From a virus (taxonomy: Duplodnaviria > Caudoviricetes), in IMG/VR virus record IMGVR_UViG_3300019874_000009, positions 1 to 43,627 of that record: a DNA stretch of 43,627 nucleotides, one strand, 5' to 3'. The first letter of the stretch is position 1; every line of letters begins with the position of its first letter. This document shows, piece by piece, positions 23,632 to 33,716 of this stretch. Position numbers and translations under genes: made by a program. Under the pieces are notes generated by a model. That model saw only the letters and a program-made list of their open reading frames with translations. It was not told the origin of the DNA and ran no database searches.

Positions 23632-26277
23632 CTAGATCCACTCGTAGGCGGTGAGGATGGCGGCACCGGCGTTGTCGATCGCCTCGGCGGTCGCGCCGGT
23701 CGCGAACAGAGCGCGGGCGATGACGCCGACCGGGCTGGTACCAGATCCGGCCCCGAGTCCCTTGTTAGCCAGGTTGTCGGTGGTCGCCGCGTAGGTGCCG
23801 GTGATGGTCTCGAGCGGCGTGCGCACGCGGATGCGACCGGCGGTCCGGTTGTACGAGATGATGTACATGAGCATTTTGCGGCGGTGGTCGATCGCTCCGT
23901 CGGTCGTGAGTCCGTTGCAGTTGATGCGGATGAGGCCGGTCGAGCCGATGCCCACCCAGATCGGCGCCGCACCGTTCGACCCGTTCAGCATGCAGAACTG
24001 CCTCGTCGCCGACGCCGAGTCCCACTGGGCGCAGATGATCCAGGTGACCGACAGCGAGTTGCAGTTGATGAGCGTGTCGTCGCTGAGCTTGAGCCTCTGC
24101 GTCGCGGCCTCGAAGAACCGCACGCCCACGTCGGGCCAGCCGAGCACCGTCTTGCGGTACTGCGGCGAGCCGTTCGGGATCAGGTACAGCGTGGTCGAGC
24201 CGGGCGACAGGATGTTCCCGCTCGCCTCGTCGCACATGTAGAAGCCCTCGCCGAGCGTGATCCCCGTCTTGTCCTGGAAGTCGGCGATCGACAGCGGCAT
24301 CGAGGCAACGCCCCACGATCCGGCCTCGCGCGTGTACCGCGTGCGGCTCTTGACAGGATTGGTCAGTCGGATCGCGACTGAGCCGTCCCGAGCTGCGAAC
24401 GGCGGGTTGGAGTCGGCCGTGTACAGGTACTCGCCGATCGCGTTGGGTCCCTGGTTTCCACCGATCTGGATGATGGGCGCGCCGGCCGCACCGACCGACG
24501 GGACATGACCCACGAAGTCGTCACCGTCGCCGTAGTTGGCCGTGCAGTACGGCACGTAGGGGAAGTCGCCAAAGCCCGCGGTCCCGCCGAAGTGGATCTT
24601 CGCGCCCGTGATCCCGGCGAACCCGTTGTGCACCGCGTGCAGTCGACGCATGAGGAAGTTCGCGGAGAAGAGATAGCCGTCGGTGAGCACCCCGCCGCCC
24701 TCGTTGACGACCATGTTGTGCGAGACGTCGACGTTGTCCGACACCATGGCGTTCGCGTTGATGGTCGCGGACTGGGCTTGTGTCCCGGAGGTGTGGCGGT
24801 GGAGCTGCAGGTTGCTCTGAGCGATGAGGTTCTTCGCGTTCTCGGCCGACCAGCATCCGGCCACCGTGTGTTGCTCGAACCGGTTGGACATGAGCTGCAC
24901 TTCGCTGGGCCGGTCTGCACCCTGCGCCGCCACGAACAGACACCGACCGTCGGGCGCTCCAGCGGGCCGCACGAGCAGATTGTGGTCGACGAGCAGGCCA
25001 TCGATGTTCGACCTGAAGTCGACGCCCGGCTGGTTATTGCCGAGCCCCGAGACGCAGATGTTGTGACCGAAGCGCAGCCCGCGGATGTCGAGTCCGTCGA
25101 CCGCACCGCCGTTGATGAGATTGTGCGAGAAGCTCGAGTACTCGTTCGGGCTCGCGTTGTTGAGCCCGGTGAGCGTGATGCAGATCGTGTCTTCCGCGTG
25201 GTCGACCTGGATGTGCTCGATGATGAACCGCTGAGGCGAATAGTTCTCCGGGTTCGATCCACCGGTGGGTTCGAAGTCGATCGCCTGATCGCCCGTGCCC
25301 TGGAACTTCAGGTTCAGCATCCGCGCGAACTTGATGTTGCGCTGGATGCCGATGCCGGACCGGAAGTTGTCGATGAAGTCGCATCCCTCGACGGAGATGT
25401 TGTCCACGCCGCCGAGGACATCGGAGCCCGCCGCGATGTAGCGCCACACGACCGAGCCGTCGGTGATCGCCGATCCAGTGCCGGTCGGTCCGCCGCCCGC
25501 TCCGGTGGTCCCGCCAGTGGTCGCCTGATAGACGTTCCCGCTGTTCGTGCGATAGCCACCCTCGCCGACGAGAGCGCTCGCGGTGCGCGCGACCGGGTGG
25601 CCGAGTGGCGCGCCCACGATCTGGATCGCGTCGCCATGCGCGCGGTAGAAGCGACAGAACTTGAACCGCACGTGCTGCACGTGCCCGAAGATGTCGGAGC
25701 TGCCGCCCACGTGAACGATGTGGGTCTGTTCCTCCACGTTCTCGAGAGCGTCGTTGTTCCCGTCGAATTCCAGGTTGAAGAAGTCCACCATCCCGGTCCG
25801 GCCGGTCACGTCGATCGCGTACCAGGCGCCGTCGCTGGCATCGCCGAACATCTGGATGACGGTTCCCGGACCCTCGCCCATCATGAGGAAGCGCTGTGTG
25901 TCGCGGATCATGAGCGACTGGATGATCCCGCCGCCGCGGGGCGTGATCCGGTAGACACCGCGCGGCAGGAAGATCCCGCCGGAGTTGTTCGCCAGCGCGA
26001 AGTCGATCGCGCTCTGGATCGCGTCGGTGTCGTCTGTCGATCCGTCACCGGCCGCGCCGAAGTCGACGGCTCTCACGTTGGGCAGGGTGCCTGCGCCCTC
26101 GCCACCGGAGCCTGGGGGGCCGGCAGGTCCCATGGGCCCGATGTCGCCCTGCGGACCGACGGGGCCCTCGGGTCCGACGTCGCCCTGCGGCCCTGCGTCA
26201 CCGGGATCGCCCGGCGGTCCCGCGTCGCCAGCTGCGCCAGCCGGGCCTCTCAGGTTTCCGATGAGCGTTCCAGCCAT
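23632..26277 (-). CDS. Tailspike/depolymerase: collagen repeats, pectate-lyase-like beta-helix, C-terminal lectin-like domain
   Basis: Gly-X-Y run; [34 protein letters not shown]; repeated I..N beta-helix rungs. Confidence 0.85.
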   Translation of the reverse strand: MAGTLIGNLRGPAGAAGDAGPPGDPGDAGPQGDVGPEGPVGPQGDIGPMGPAGPPGSGGEGAGTLPNVRAVDFGAAGDGSTDDTDAIQSAIDFALANNSGGIFLPRGVYRITPRGGGIIQSLMIRDTQRFLMMGEGPGTVIQMFGDASDGAWYAIDVTGRTGMVDFFNLEFDGNNDALENVEEQTHIVHVGGSSDIFGHVQHVRFKFCRFYRAHGDAIQIVGAPLGHPVARTASALVGEGGYRTNSGNVYQATTGGTTGAGGGPTGTGSAITDGSVVWRYIAAGSDVLGGVDNISVEGCDFIDNFRSGIGIQRNIKFARMLNLKFQGTGDQAIDFEPTGGSNPENYSPQRFIIEHIQVDHAEDTICITLTGLNNASPNEYSSFSHNLINGGAVDGLDIRGLRFGHNICVSGLGNNQPGVDFRSNIDGLLVDHNLLVRPAGAPDGRCLFVAAQGADRPSEVQLMSNRFEQHTVAGCWSAENAKNLIAQSNLQLHRHTSGTQAQSATINANAMVSDNVDVSHNMVVNEGGGVLTDGYLFSANFLMRRLHAVHNGFAGITGAKIHFGGTAGFGDFPYVPYCTANYGDGDDFVGHVPSVGAAGAPIIQIGGNQGPNAIGEYLYTADSNPPFAARDGSVAIRLTNPVKSRTRYTREAGSWGVASMPLSIADFQDKTGITLGEGFYMCDEASGNILSPGSTTLYLIPNGSPQYRKTVLGWPDVGVRFFEAATQRLKLSDDTLINCNSLSVTWIICAQWDSASATRQFCMLNGSNGAAPIWVGIGSTGLIRINCNGLTTDGAIDHRRKMLMYIISYNRTAGRIRVRTPLETITGTYAATTDNLANKGLGAGSGTSPVGVIARALFATGATAEAIDNAGAAILTAYEWI
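26108..26247 (-). repeat. Collagen-like Gly-X-Y repeat (about 15 triplets)
   Basis: [46 protein letters not shown]. Confidence 0.9.
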
Positions 26278-26284
26278 TCGCGCC

Positions 26285-27172
26285 TCACAGGTTCTGGTAC
26301 AGGTCGCCGGTGTCGACGTCCAAGTAGAAATCGCCCACGTTCCACACGAGCCCGCCGGGCGGTGGGCCGGAGCCGGTGAAGATCTGCGCGCACACGTCGC
26401 CGGCCGGTGGCGGTTCGCCGGGGCCGCCGCCGCCCGCGATGAACGAGCTCGCCGCGAAGACCAGGCGGGGCAGCTTCACGGTCCACGGGCCGCCCGCCCA
26501 TCCGCTGGCGAACTCGTCGGGCTTGAACGACTTGAGGTCGGTGACGTAGTACGACACCCAATCGACGCCCTCAGCGCTCGGGTAGAAGCGGATCGGCCCG
26601 CCCGGCGTGCCCCAGGCCGCGAAGCCCCACACACCGTCTTCGATGAAGCGCTGGAACGACTCGCCGACGAACACCTCGTGCGCGCGCGATGCCCGCGAGC
26701 GCGTGATTGCTTCCCACGTGAGCGATGAGATTTCTTTCTTGTGGCCCGCCAGCGCCGTCACCACGCCCGCCGCAGACTCGACCGATCGGAAGTCGGCCTC
26801 GGGCCACCCGCCCCACAGCCCTACCTCGTTGGGCGCGTTGTACGGACAGGTCGCGATCCAGAGCGCGCGAGCTGCACCGGGCGCCAGGTAGCTCGCCGCG
26901 CCCGACAGGTTGGCGGTGAAGCCGAGCAGGTCGCGGAGCTCCAGGTCGATCCAGGTGATCGAGAAGGTGCCCGAGTCCGACAGCGTGACGCGCCCGGTGC
27001 CCGACTCGCCGCGCGAGACGACCGCGGTGATCCCCCCGTCGTCGGCCACCGCGTCCAGGAGCTCGCCGATGTAGTAGTTGCCAGCCGGCACCGCGTTGGA
27101 GCCGCCGCCGACCGAGAACGCGTACCCTCCCTCGGGCACCGTGATCCGCGCTTCGAGTCGGCCCCGTGTCAT
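26285..27172 (-). CDS. Distal tail-like protein
   Basis: Immediately after tape measure; beta-rich; C-terminal [13 protein letters not shown] motif. Confidence 0.7.
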   Translation of the reverse strand: MTRGRLEARITVPEGGYAFSVGGGSNAVPAGNYYIGELLDAVADDGGITAVVSRGESGTGRVTLSDSGTFSITWIDLELRDLLGFTANLSGAASYLAPGAARALWIATCPYNAPNEVGLWGGWPEADFRSVESAAGVVTALAGHKKEISSLTWEAITRSRASRAHEVFVGESFQRFIEDGVWGFAAWGTPGGPIRFYPSAEGVDWVSYYVTDLKSFKPDEFASGWAGGPWTVKLPRLVFAASSFIAGGGGPGEPPPAGDVCAQIFTGSGPPPGGLVWNVGDFYLDVDTGDLYQNL

Positions 27173-27175
27173 CGG

Positions 27176-29173
27176 TTAGCCCCGCCGTACGGTAGTGGTC
27201 TTGACGTCGAGGACCTTGCCCCGCTTGATCGCCTCGTAGATGAGCTGCCGCTGTTCCAGGTCGGGCAGGCCGAGAAGGTCCTTGCCGACCAGGATCGTGG
27301 TGGACGACGGGCCGGCGTCCGCTGGCGCCTGTCCGCGCGGCGCAGGGCCCAGCGCTGCGCCAGCGGACGACGTCGCGGCGGGGCCTGCGCCGGATGAGTG
27401 GCCGGCACCCATGAGCCCCGCCCCGATCCCGGCTGCGGCAGCCACGGCGGCAAACTGCGCTGCGGCTGCGAAGTGACCGCCCGCCGCCACGCCGCCGATG
27501 GGGCCGAGCGCGAGAGATGCGATTCCGAACGCCGTCTCCTTGAGCGCGTTGACGGACGCCTCGATCGCAGTCGCGCGCAGGGACTCCCCGATCGCGTCCT
27601 TCACCGCCTCGGCCACCGACTTCTGTCCGGTGATCGCGGCGTCCATGGCGGCGGCAGCAGCGGAGCCGAATGCGCCGAACGCCTTGCTCGCGCCGTAGAT
27701 CGCGACGGTCGACTCATTGACGTTCGCCTTCGAGCCGAAGATCTGCTCCAGCACCTTTGTCTGACCGAGCCGCTGGGCGCGCTCGTTCCACACCTCGGCC
27801 TGCTGCATGAACCGCTCGCCCTGGGCCTGGAAGTTGGCGAACGCCTCCTGGTCGACGAAGTCCTGGATCGCGCCCGTGACCGCGTGCGTCGCTGCGGCGT
27901 CGTCGATCACCTGGCGAAACCGGACGCCGAGCTCCTGGCCGAGCTCGGACAGGTCGACGTTGCGGAGCGCATCCGTGATCGACCGGACGGCGTCCGGGGT
28001 GCGGAGCGCCAGGTCGAGGAACCCGGGCTCGAGCGGGATGATGATCGGGTTCGCCGCCACCTTCCGCTGCAGCTCGGCGTGGAACCCCTCGGGCAGCTCC
28101 GGGTTCACCGTGATCGCGGTGAACGGGTCAGGCCCGCGCTTCGCCAGCGATTGCGCGATGCGGGTCTCGAGAGTGATACCGGCCCCGATGATCCGGTCGG
28201 CCAGGAGCTCAGCGCCTTTCTTGAACGCGTCGGAGATGAACGGGGCCAGCTGGCGGCCGAAGTCCTTCCCGGCGACCGAGATTTCCGCGGCGAGCGTCGG
28301 GCCCAGCTGCGTCTGCTCGTCCAGGCGCGGGGCCAGCGTCCGGCGGCGGGCGGTGTCGAAGCCGAGCGCCGCATCGGTCATCGCGAAGAAGTTCTCGCGC
28401 GATTTGGTGAGCGAGTCGTTGAGCCTTGCCAGCCACTCGACGCCATCGGCGAGGCCCTGCACCAGGCCCCCCATGCTCTCGCTGGCGGGCTCGCTGCCTT
28501 CGACCACCAGGTGGCCGAATGCCCCCTTGAGGTTGTCGACCGCGTCCTTCATCTTCACCGCGCCGGCCTGGAACTGGTCGCCTGCCAGCGTGGTCTTGCC
28601 GCCCAGGGCGGCGACGCGCTTGTCCATCTGGACCACGAGGTCGCCTGCGCTCTTGGCCTCGATGCCGAGGGCGCGCAGCGACTTCGCCGATCCCTTGATG
28701 ACCGACTCGCCGAGCGCATCCATTACGTCGTGGAGATCCTGGCCCCCGATGCGGAGCGCGTTCGCCCCGGCCAGCACGCGCTGCATCTGCTCTTCGGTGA
28801 GCTTCCAGACGCCGTGCTGAGCCTGGCCCGCGAACTTGAGAAGGTCGTCCTCCTCGACCAGCCCGTGGGTCGCGACCTTGAGCTTGTCGATCGCAACAGC
28901 GCCTGCCGCACTCTGCAGCCGGACGTCCTCGAGGTAGGAGCGCGCTGCGCCCTGGGCCAGCTTGTAGATCCCGACGGCCGCGCCGACCGCCACACCGACC
29001 TTGGTGAACATCGCGACCTGCCCGGCGAGGTCCTTGTTCTGCGCCTGGAGCTCGTTGAGATTCTCCTTCGCCCGGGTGCGCTCGACACCGCGCAGACGCT
29101 TGACCGCGGCCTCGGCCTGAGACGTGTCGTTCTTGAAGATGGTGAGGACGGTGCTGGTATCGAGGCCGGGCAT
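27176..29173 (-). CDS. Tail tape measure protein
   Basis: 665 aa Ala/Gly-rich helical protein with hydrophobic segments, after tail tube and chaperones. Confidence 0.85.
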   Translation of the reverse strand: MPGLDTSTVLTIFKNDTSQAEAAVKRLRGVERTRAKENLNELQAQNKDLAGQVAMFTKVGVAVGAAVGIYKLAQGAARSYLEDVRLQSAAGAVAIDKLKVATHGLVEEDDLLKFAGQAQHGVWKLTEEQMQRVLAGANALRIGGQDLHDVMDALGESVIKGSAKSLRALGIEAKSAGDLVVQMDKRVAALGGKTTLAGDQFQAGAVKMKDAVDNLKGAFGHLVVEGSEPASESMGGLVQGLADGVEWLARLNDSLTKSRENFFAMTDAALGFDTARRRTLAPRLDEQTQLGPTLAAEISVAGKDFGRQLAPFISDAFKKGAELLADRIIGAGITLETRIAQSLAKRGPDPFTAITVNPELPEGFHAELQRKVAANPIIIPLEPGFLDLALRTPDAVRSITDALRNVDLSELGQELGVRFRQVIDDAAATHAVTGAIQDFVDQEAFANFQAQGERFMQQAEVWNERAQRLGQTKVLEQIFGSKANVNESTVAIYGASKAFGAFGSAAAAAMDAAITGQKSVAEAVKDAIGESLRATAIEASVNALKETAFGIASLALGPIGGVAAGGHFAAAAQFAAVAAAAGIGAGLMGAGHSSGAGPAATSSAGAALGPAPRGQAPADAGPSSTTILVGKDLLGLPDLEQRQLIYEAIKRGKVLDVKTTTVRRG

Positions 29174-29177
29174 GGTG

Positions 29178-29606
29178 TCACTTCCATCGGAGTTCTGCTG
29201 CGCGCTCGACGTCGCGCTGGAGCTCTACGTCGTGGTTCGCACCTGCCACCGCTTCGACCGCCTGCCGGAACCACGGGGCGCGCGACTGACCGCGCACGAG
29301 CTCCCACAGCTGCGACTTGCTCCACCAGAGATGGAGCTCCTGGGCCTCAAGGACGATCGGCAGCGAGATGAGGTATCCGGGACAGGTGTCGTCCTCGGGG
29401 CGCGGCGCCGCCTCCGGTAGCGGGTACTCGCCGCGGTTGTCGGGCAATCGAGGGAGGTGGCCGCAGTTCCAGAGCTGGCGCTCGGCGGCCGACAGGTGCT
29501 GAACGCACTCGTTGCAGTCGAGGTACCCGTCTTGCGGGCGTCCCTCGATGCGGCGTTTCTGTCGGTGAGCGTAGACATGCGGCGCGATCCGGATCCCGTC
29601 AATCAC
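29178..29606 (-). CDS. Tail assembly chaperone T-like ORF (-1 frame relative to upstream gene)
   Basis: Between chaperone and tape measure; CNEC, CGH, TCPG motifs; GTG in GTGA overlap or reached by frameshift. Confidence 0.65.
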   Translation of the reverse strand: MIDGIRIAPHVYAHRQKRRIEGRPQDGYLDCNECVQHLSAAERQLWNCGHLPRLPDNRGEYPLPEAAPRPEDDTCPGYLISLPIVLEAQELHLWWSKSQLWELVRGQSRAPWFRQAVEAVAGANHDVELQRDVERAAELRWK

Positions 29607-30085
29607 CCTTTGCGAGGGGCTGTGTCGACCAGCACGCGCTCGGCCAGCCGGTTCAGCCGATCGGCCTCGTACCGGCCGTCCTCGTCGGCCATGAGCGCGT
29701 TCACCTGTTCGGGCTTGGCGCTCTGCCAGGACCCGCACCCGGGGAAGCGCCCGCGCTCGAGCTCGAGCGGTCTGCCGTCCTGGTCGGTGACGCCGCGGAC
29801 GCCGATGAGAGCGAGCGCCACCGCTTCCCACATCATCTCGTTCACGCCTTCGCGGCGGGCGTCGTAGTCGAGAAGCCAGCGGTACTCGCGCGCGCTCAGA
29901 TGACGGAGGCGGAAGATCGCCGGCGGGTCGCTCGCGCCGTTCTTGAGCGGCAGCGCGTTCAGGTCGCCGGTCTCGAGAGCTCGCTCGAACGCGGCGCGCC
30001 ACTTCGGCTCCGACTTGTCGATCGCCGGGTCGTCTTCGTCGACGTGCCAGTACTCGCCGACCAGGGACTGCGTCTTGACTCTCAT
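29603..30085 (-). CDS. Tail assembly chaperone G-like
   Basis: ATG 30085 overlaps tail tube stop; FRLRHLSARE pattern; position. Confidence 0.7.
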   Translation of the reverse strand: MRVKTQSLVGEYWHVDEDDPAIDKSEPKWRAAFERALETGDLNALPLKNGASDPPAIFRLRHLSAREYRWLLDYDARREGVNEMMWEAVALALIGVRGVTDQDGRPLELERGRFPGCGSWQSAKPEQVNALMADEDGRYEADRLNRLAERVLVDTAPRKG

Positions 30086-31323
30086 GCGAAGCCGATCCGC
30101 CAGGCCGAGCGCTGGAGCTCTGATACTCCAGCGTCGTTGGCGAGCGCGCGGAACCCGAGCCGCACGCGGTTGTAGCCCCCGTCCATGATCTGGGTGGGCA
30201 TGGTCCCTGTGAGCGTGAGCTTCGGCAGATAGATCCCGACCGCGCGCCCGTTGAGCGAGCTCACCGTGTACAGCATCTGCCAGTAGCCCGGATCGCCGGT
30301 GGCCAGGCTCATCGCCTCGTCCAGCCAGAAGTTGGTACCGGTCGCCTCGGCGTCGACCACCATGTCGATCGTGGTCCCGTCGCCGGGCGTGCGGCGCGCC
30401 GCCTGCCACAGCTGGCCCTCGAAGTTGCCACCGGTGCCGACCAGGCCGTTGCCTCGGAAGCCGAACGACATGGAGAACGAACGGGCCGACTCCAGGCGTC
30501 GGATCGTGGAGCCCGCTCGAGCCATCACCAGCGATCCGGTAACCGCGGGCGTGGCCGCGTGCCGCTGCGGCCGCGTCGCCGACGGGAAGGTGGTCGACGT
30601 GCTCTCGACATGGGCGACACCGATCGTCGCCTGCCAGCCGGGGATCTCGCCCGGGCTGAGCCCTGTCAAAGCGAACTCTGTAAGGAAGCACCCGCGGCAC
30701 AGGAAATGTCCGTTCGCGGTCTGCACCAGCATCCTGAACGTGCGCGGCTGGTCGAAGAGCGGCGAGGACTCGTTCGGGTGGACGAGGCGCGAGCTGTACA
30801 GCACGTCGGCGGCGGCGGGCGCCACGGCGGCGGCGATGAGCAGATCGAGCGCGCTCAGTGCGTGCGCGTTGACCGCGAGCCATTGGCCACCGACGCGGCC
30901 ATCGGCGATCTGTCCGCCGCGCACCAGTCCGCCCGCGACCACACCGTTCACCATCGAGGTGGTGGGGTCGGTCGCGCTGCCGCCGGTGAAAGTGCCGCCC
31001 GTCGCCAGGCCCGTCACGTCCGCGCCGACGAGCAGCCCGAGGAACGTCACCATGTCCGACGCGGGCACTGCTCCAGCGGCCGAGGACCCGAGGCCAGTCA
31101 GGTTTCCCTTCAGCTGGACCGTGCCCTGGAAGGGCATCGCGACGTCGTGAGCTCCGTCGTTGGCGAATTGCCGGATGTGATTGATGCGCTGGAACGGGCG
31201 GCCGAGGCTTGTCACGTCGACCGTGTCGATGAGCGGCAGCGCGGTCGTCGCCGTTGACAGGTCTTCGCAGAACTCGTCCTCCTCGGTGTAGAGGACATTC
31301 TGCAGTTCACTCGAGTTGCTCAT
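30082..31323 (-). CDS. Major tail tube protein
   Basis: ATG 31323 with AAGGAG RBS; 413 aa; RGCFLTEFAL, GIYLPKL, LGFRAL beta-strand patterns; upstream of chaperones. Confidence 0.75.
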   Translation of the reverse strand: MSNSSELQNVLYTEEDEFCEDLSTATTALPLIDTVDVTSLGRPFQRINHIRQFANDGAHDVAMPFQGTVQLKGNLTGLGSSAAGAVPASDMVTFLGLLVGADVTGLATGGTFTGGSATDPTTSMVNGVVAGGLVRGGQIADGRVGGQWLAVNAHALSALDLLIAAAVAPAAADVLYSSRLVHPNESSPLFDQPRTFRMLVQTANGHFLCRGCFLTEFALTGLSPGEIPGWQATIGVAHVESTSTTFPSATRPQRHAATPAVTGSLVMARAGSTIRRLESARSFSMSFGFRGNGLVGTGGNFEGQLWQAARRTPGDGTTIDMVVDAEATGTNFWLDEAMSLATGDPGYWQMLYTVSSLNGRAVGIYLPKLTLTGTMPTQIMDGGYNRVRLGFRALANDAGVSELQRSAWRIGFA

Positions 31324-31814
31324 GGGCCGAGCTCCTTGTCGAATTCGACTTGATAGATGCTGCGCCGGACGAGGGCCGGCCCTGCGTCGATGAGCGCGCT
31401 GCCGCGGTTGTCGGACAGTGACTGGGCGGGATCCCAGTTGGCCGCGCCCACGATTCCGATGGCACGGTCGATCTGGTGGAAGTCCTCGCGGATGAGGTCG
31501 TCCGCGTCGATGAAGTCCCGCCGCCCGTACGCGCCCCAGAGCTTGGGGTAGCAGACGTCGAGGCTCATCGTGTGGCTCACGCGGACCGTGTGGAGATCGG
31601 TGTAATGGGTCGGCTGGTCGTCGTGGTTGTCCCTGATCTGGAACATCCTGAACAGCGCGGCCGTGAGCTCGGTCTGCGCCGCCACAGCGACCATGTCGAT
31701 GGTCTGGTCGCCGAGCTGCATCCGGCGGAAGCGCTCGCTGGCCAGCCGCGTCGGCACCAGCGACTCGATGGTCGTGATGAAGCGCGTGCGGATCGCTGAG
31801 AACGTGGTGGTCAT
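31320..31814 (-). CDS. Tail terminator/head-tail joining protein
   Basis: AIRTRFITTIESL N-terminal helix; directly upstream of tail tube. Confidence 0.6.
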   Translation of the reverse strand: MTTTFSAIRTRFITTIESLVPTRLASERFRRMQLGDQTIDMVAVAAQTELTAALFRMFQIRDNHDDQPTHYTDLHTVRVSHTMSLDVCYPKLWGAYGRRDFIDADDLIREDFHQIDRAIGIVGAANWDPAQSLSDNRGSALIDAGPALVRRSIYQVEFDKELGP

Positions 31815-32530
31815 GCGGCCCGCACCTCCACCGCGATCGCCGCTTTGTTTGTCGACCCCACCGTCGTGAACCCGGGGTTGTTCGACCCAAGCGCGCTGGC
31901 GAGCTGGAGCCGCAGGTCGAGAAGGGTTTGCCCGGCCTGCGACAGTTGCGTGTACGGCGCGACCGCGCTGATTGGGGCGTTCGTGTTCGTGGCGACCGCG
32001 GCGACTCCGAGCGCCGCGCCGCTTTCGAACGCGGTCATCCCGGCGATCGTGAGCGAGGTGGCACCCGTCACCGTCCCGACCCGCGACTGCGCGATCGCGG
32101 ACGCTCCGTTCGATCCCTGCGCGACGTTGTCGAACCCGTAGATCGCGTGTGCCTCCGACTCGCACGCGGTCGCGTGGATGATCTGCACGGTCCCGGTTCG
32201 GGGCGTGGCCTGCTGCGAGCGGTAGAGCCGCAGCATTCGATCGGCGTCGACCGCCTGCGATGCGATCTGATCCCACGTCCCACCGAGCGAGCCGCCGAAG
32301 GTGGGCGCGTCGGGGCCGCCGGTCTTCGCAGACAGGACCGCCATGATCCCGAGCTGGCCAGCGGCGAGCGTGAACGATCCGGTCGTGTACGTGGTCTGAT
32401 TCGCGGTCGATGCGGTGGTGGATACCAGCGCCGTGACGCCGATCGGGACGCCGTCGCTGCCGCCGCGGACGGAAACGAAGTCGCTCGGCGGGGCGATGGA
32501 CGACCTGAGCGTGTCTCGCAGGATCGACAT
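31811..32530 (-). CDS. Putative head fibre/decoration protein
   Basis: ATG 32530 in TGATG overlap; Thr/Ala/Gly-rich beta domain after a short N-terminal peptide. Confidence 0.6.
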   Translation of the reverse strand: MSILRDTLRSSIAPPSDFVSVRGGSDGVPIGVTALVSTTASTANQTTYTTGSFTLAAGQLGIMAVLSAKTGGPDAPTFGGSLGGTWDQIASQAVDADRMLRLYRSQQATPRTGTVQIIHATACESEAHAIYGFDNVAQGSNGASAIAQSRVGTVTGATSLTIAGMTAFESGAALGVAAVATNTNAPISAVAPYTQLSQAGQTLLDLRLQLASALGSNNPGFTTVGSTNKAAIAVEVRAA

Positions 32531-32808
32531 CAGGCTCCGTCGAGTCGGGCGATATACAGCGACCCGGTGGTGCCGATGACCGAGATGTACTGGTCGGCCG
32601 CAGCGCTCACCGTGATCTCGATCGTCGCGTTCTTCCCGAGCGCCCAGTTGTTGGCGGTGTCGGCCTGGGCGTCGACCGCGCTGCCACCCTGCCGGATCGT
32701 GCAGTCGGCGGTGCAGGTGATCGCGTATCGTTGGTTGAGACCGAGCGCCGTCGACCGAGCGGCCGTGCCGCTGATAGCGATGCGCTGCGATGTGGTGATG
32801 CGAGCCAT
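32530..32808 (-). CDS. Small beta-rich virion protein (possible head spike base)
   Basis: GGAGGA RBS; 92 aa all-beta pattern ending YISVIGTTGSLYIARL. Confidence 0.65.
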   Translation of the reverse strand: MARITTSQRIAISGTAARSTALGLNQRYAITCTADCTIRQGGSAVDAQADTANNWALGKNATIEITVSAAADQYISVIGTTGSLYIARLDGA

Positions 32809-32816
32809 GGGTCCTC

Positions 32817-33716
32817 CTACCGGACGAAGATCGGAAGCGACGGTCGGGCCGACGCCCCACCGCCCGAATCCTGCGAAAGTGGAAGCCGCTGCGAGCGGAT
32901 GAGCTGGCCGTAGCGCGACGCGTACTTCGCCTCGTTGGCTGCGCCGGGGAACACGAGCAGGCCGGCCTTCGCGGTCACGAGCGCGTTCAGGAGCTCGCGA
33001 TTGCGAATGGCCTGGTCGCCGATGAGGTCGCCGTACAGGTCGAGCTTCACCTGGCGGTACGCCTCGTCGATGAGCGGGCGGCCCTGCTCTTCGCGGTACT
33101 CGGCCGGGAGCGACAGGACCCATCCGTGGAACTCGGTGTTGACGTCGCCGGGCGTGACATCGTGCCGCCCCGCGTAGCGCACGACATCGAAGTAGGTGTC
33201 ATGCACCCGCACCTCTCCGTCGGCGGTGTAGGTCCAGCGCACCCGGTAGCGCCCGTCTGGCTCGAGCTCACCCGAGATGTTGTCATCGTCGGCCAGCCAG
33301 GCGGCGTCGATGGCCGCGGTGATCCGCGTGGACACGAAGGTGTCGCCCACACCGTAGGCGTTCTCGAGCTGCTGCCGGGCGATCACCCACTCCGTCGCGA
33401 CCGCCGACACCTCGACGAGCTCCTGCTCCTGCGTCGCGCTGGTGACGAGGTACGCCCTGCCGCGCTTGATGCCGGTGGTGAGGGCCAGGTTGCACACGCG
33501 CGGATCGGCCTGGCCCTGGCCGGACGCAGCATCGAACGTCGTCACCGGGGCGAGCTCCACCGCGACCGCGCCCAGGGCGAGCTCGGCGACGGTGTCGTCC
33601 CCTGAAGCGTTCTCCCACACCATCACGGTCGGCGAGCTCGGCCGTCCCTCTGGCGCGTCGAAGAAGAGCTTCTGCCCGGCCACACCGAACACCACGTCTT
33701 GCGTCTGCGAGCTCAT
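32817..33716 (-). CDS. Putative head-tail adaptor with N-terminal beta domains
   Basis: ATG 33716 in TGATG overlap; GRYRVRWTY Ig-like strand, then helical VTPGDV..LIDEAYRQV domain. Confidence 0.6.
   Translation of the reverse strand: MSSQTQDVVFGVAGQKLFFDAPEGRPSSPTVMVWENASGDDTVAELALGAVAVELAPVTTFDAASGQGQADPRVCNLALTTGIKRGRAYLVTSATQEQELVEVSAVATEWVIARQQLENAYGVGDTFVSTRITAAIDAAWLADDDNISGELEPDGRYRVRWTYTADGEVRVHDTYFDVVRYAGRHDVTPGDVNTEFHGWVLSLPAEYREEQGRPLIDEAYRQVKLDLYGDLIGDQAIRNRELLNALVTAKAGLLVFPGAANEAKYASRYGQLIRSQRLPLSQDSGGGASARPSLPIFVR

Noticed and set aside
18246-26277. Diversity-generating retroelement acting on tail fibres
   Set aside because: No reverse transcriptase and no near-identical TR/VR pair; the paralogous domains are similar only at protein level
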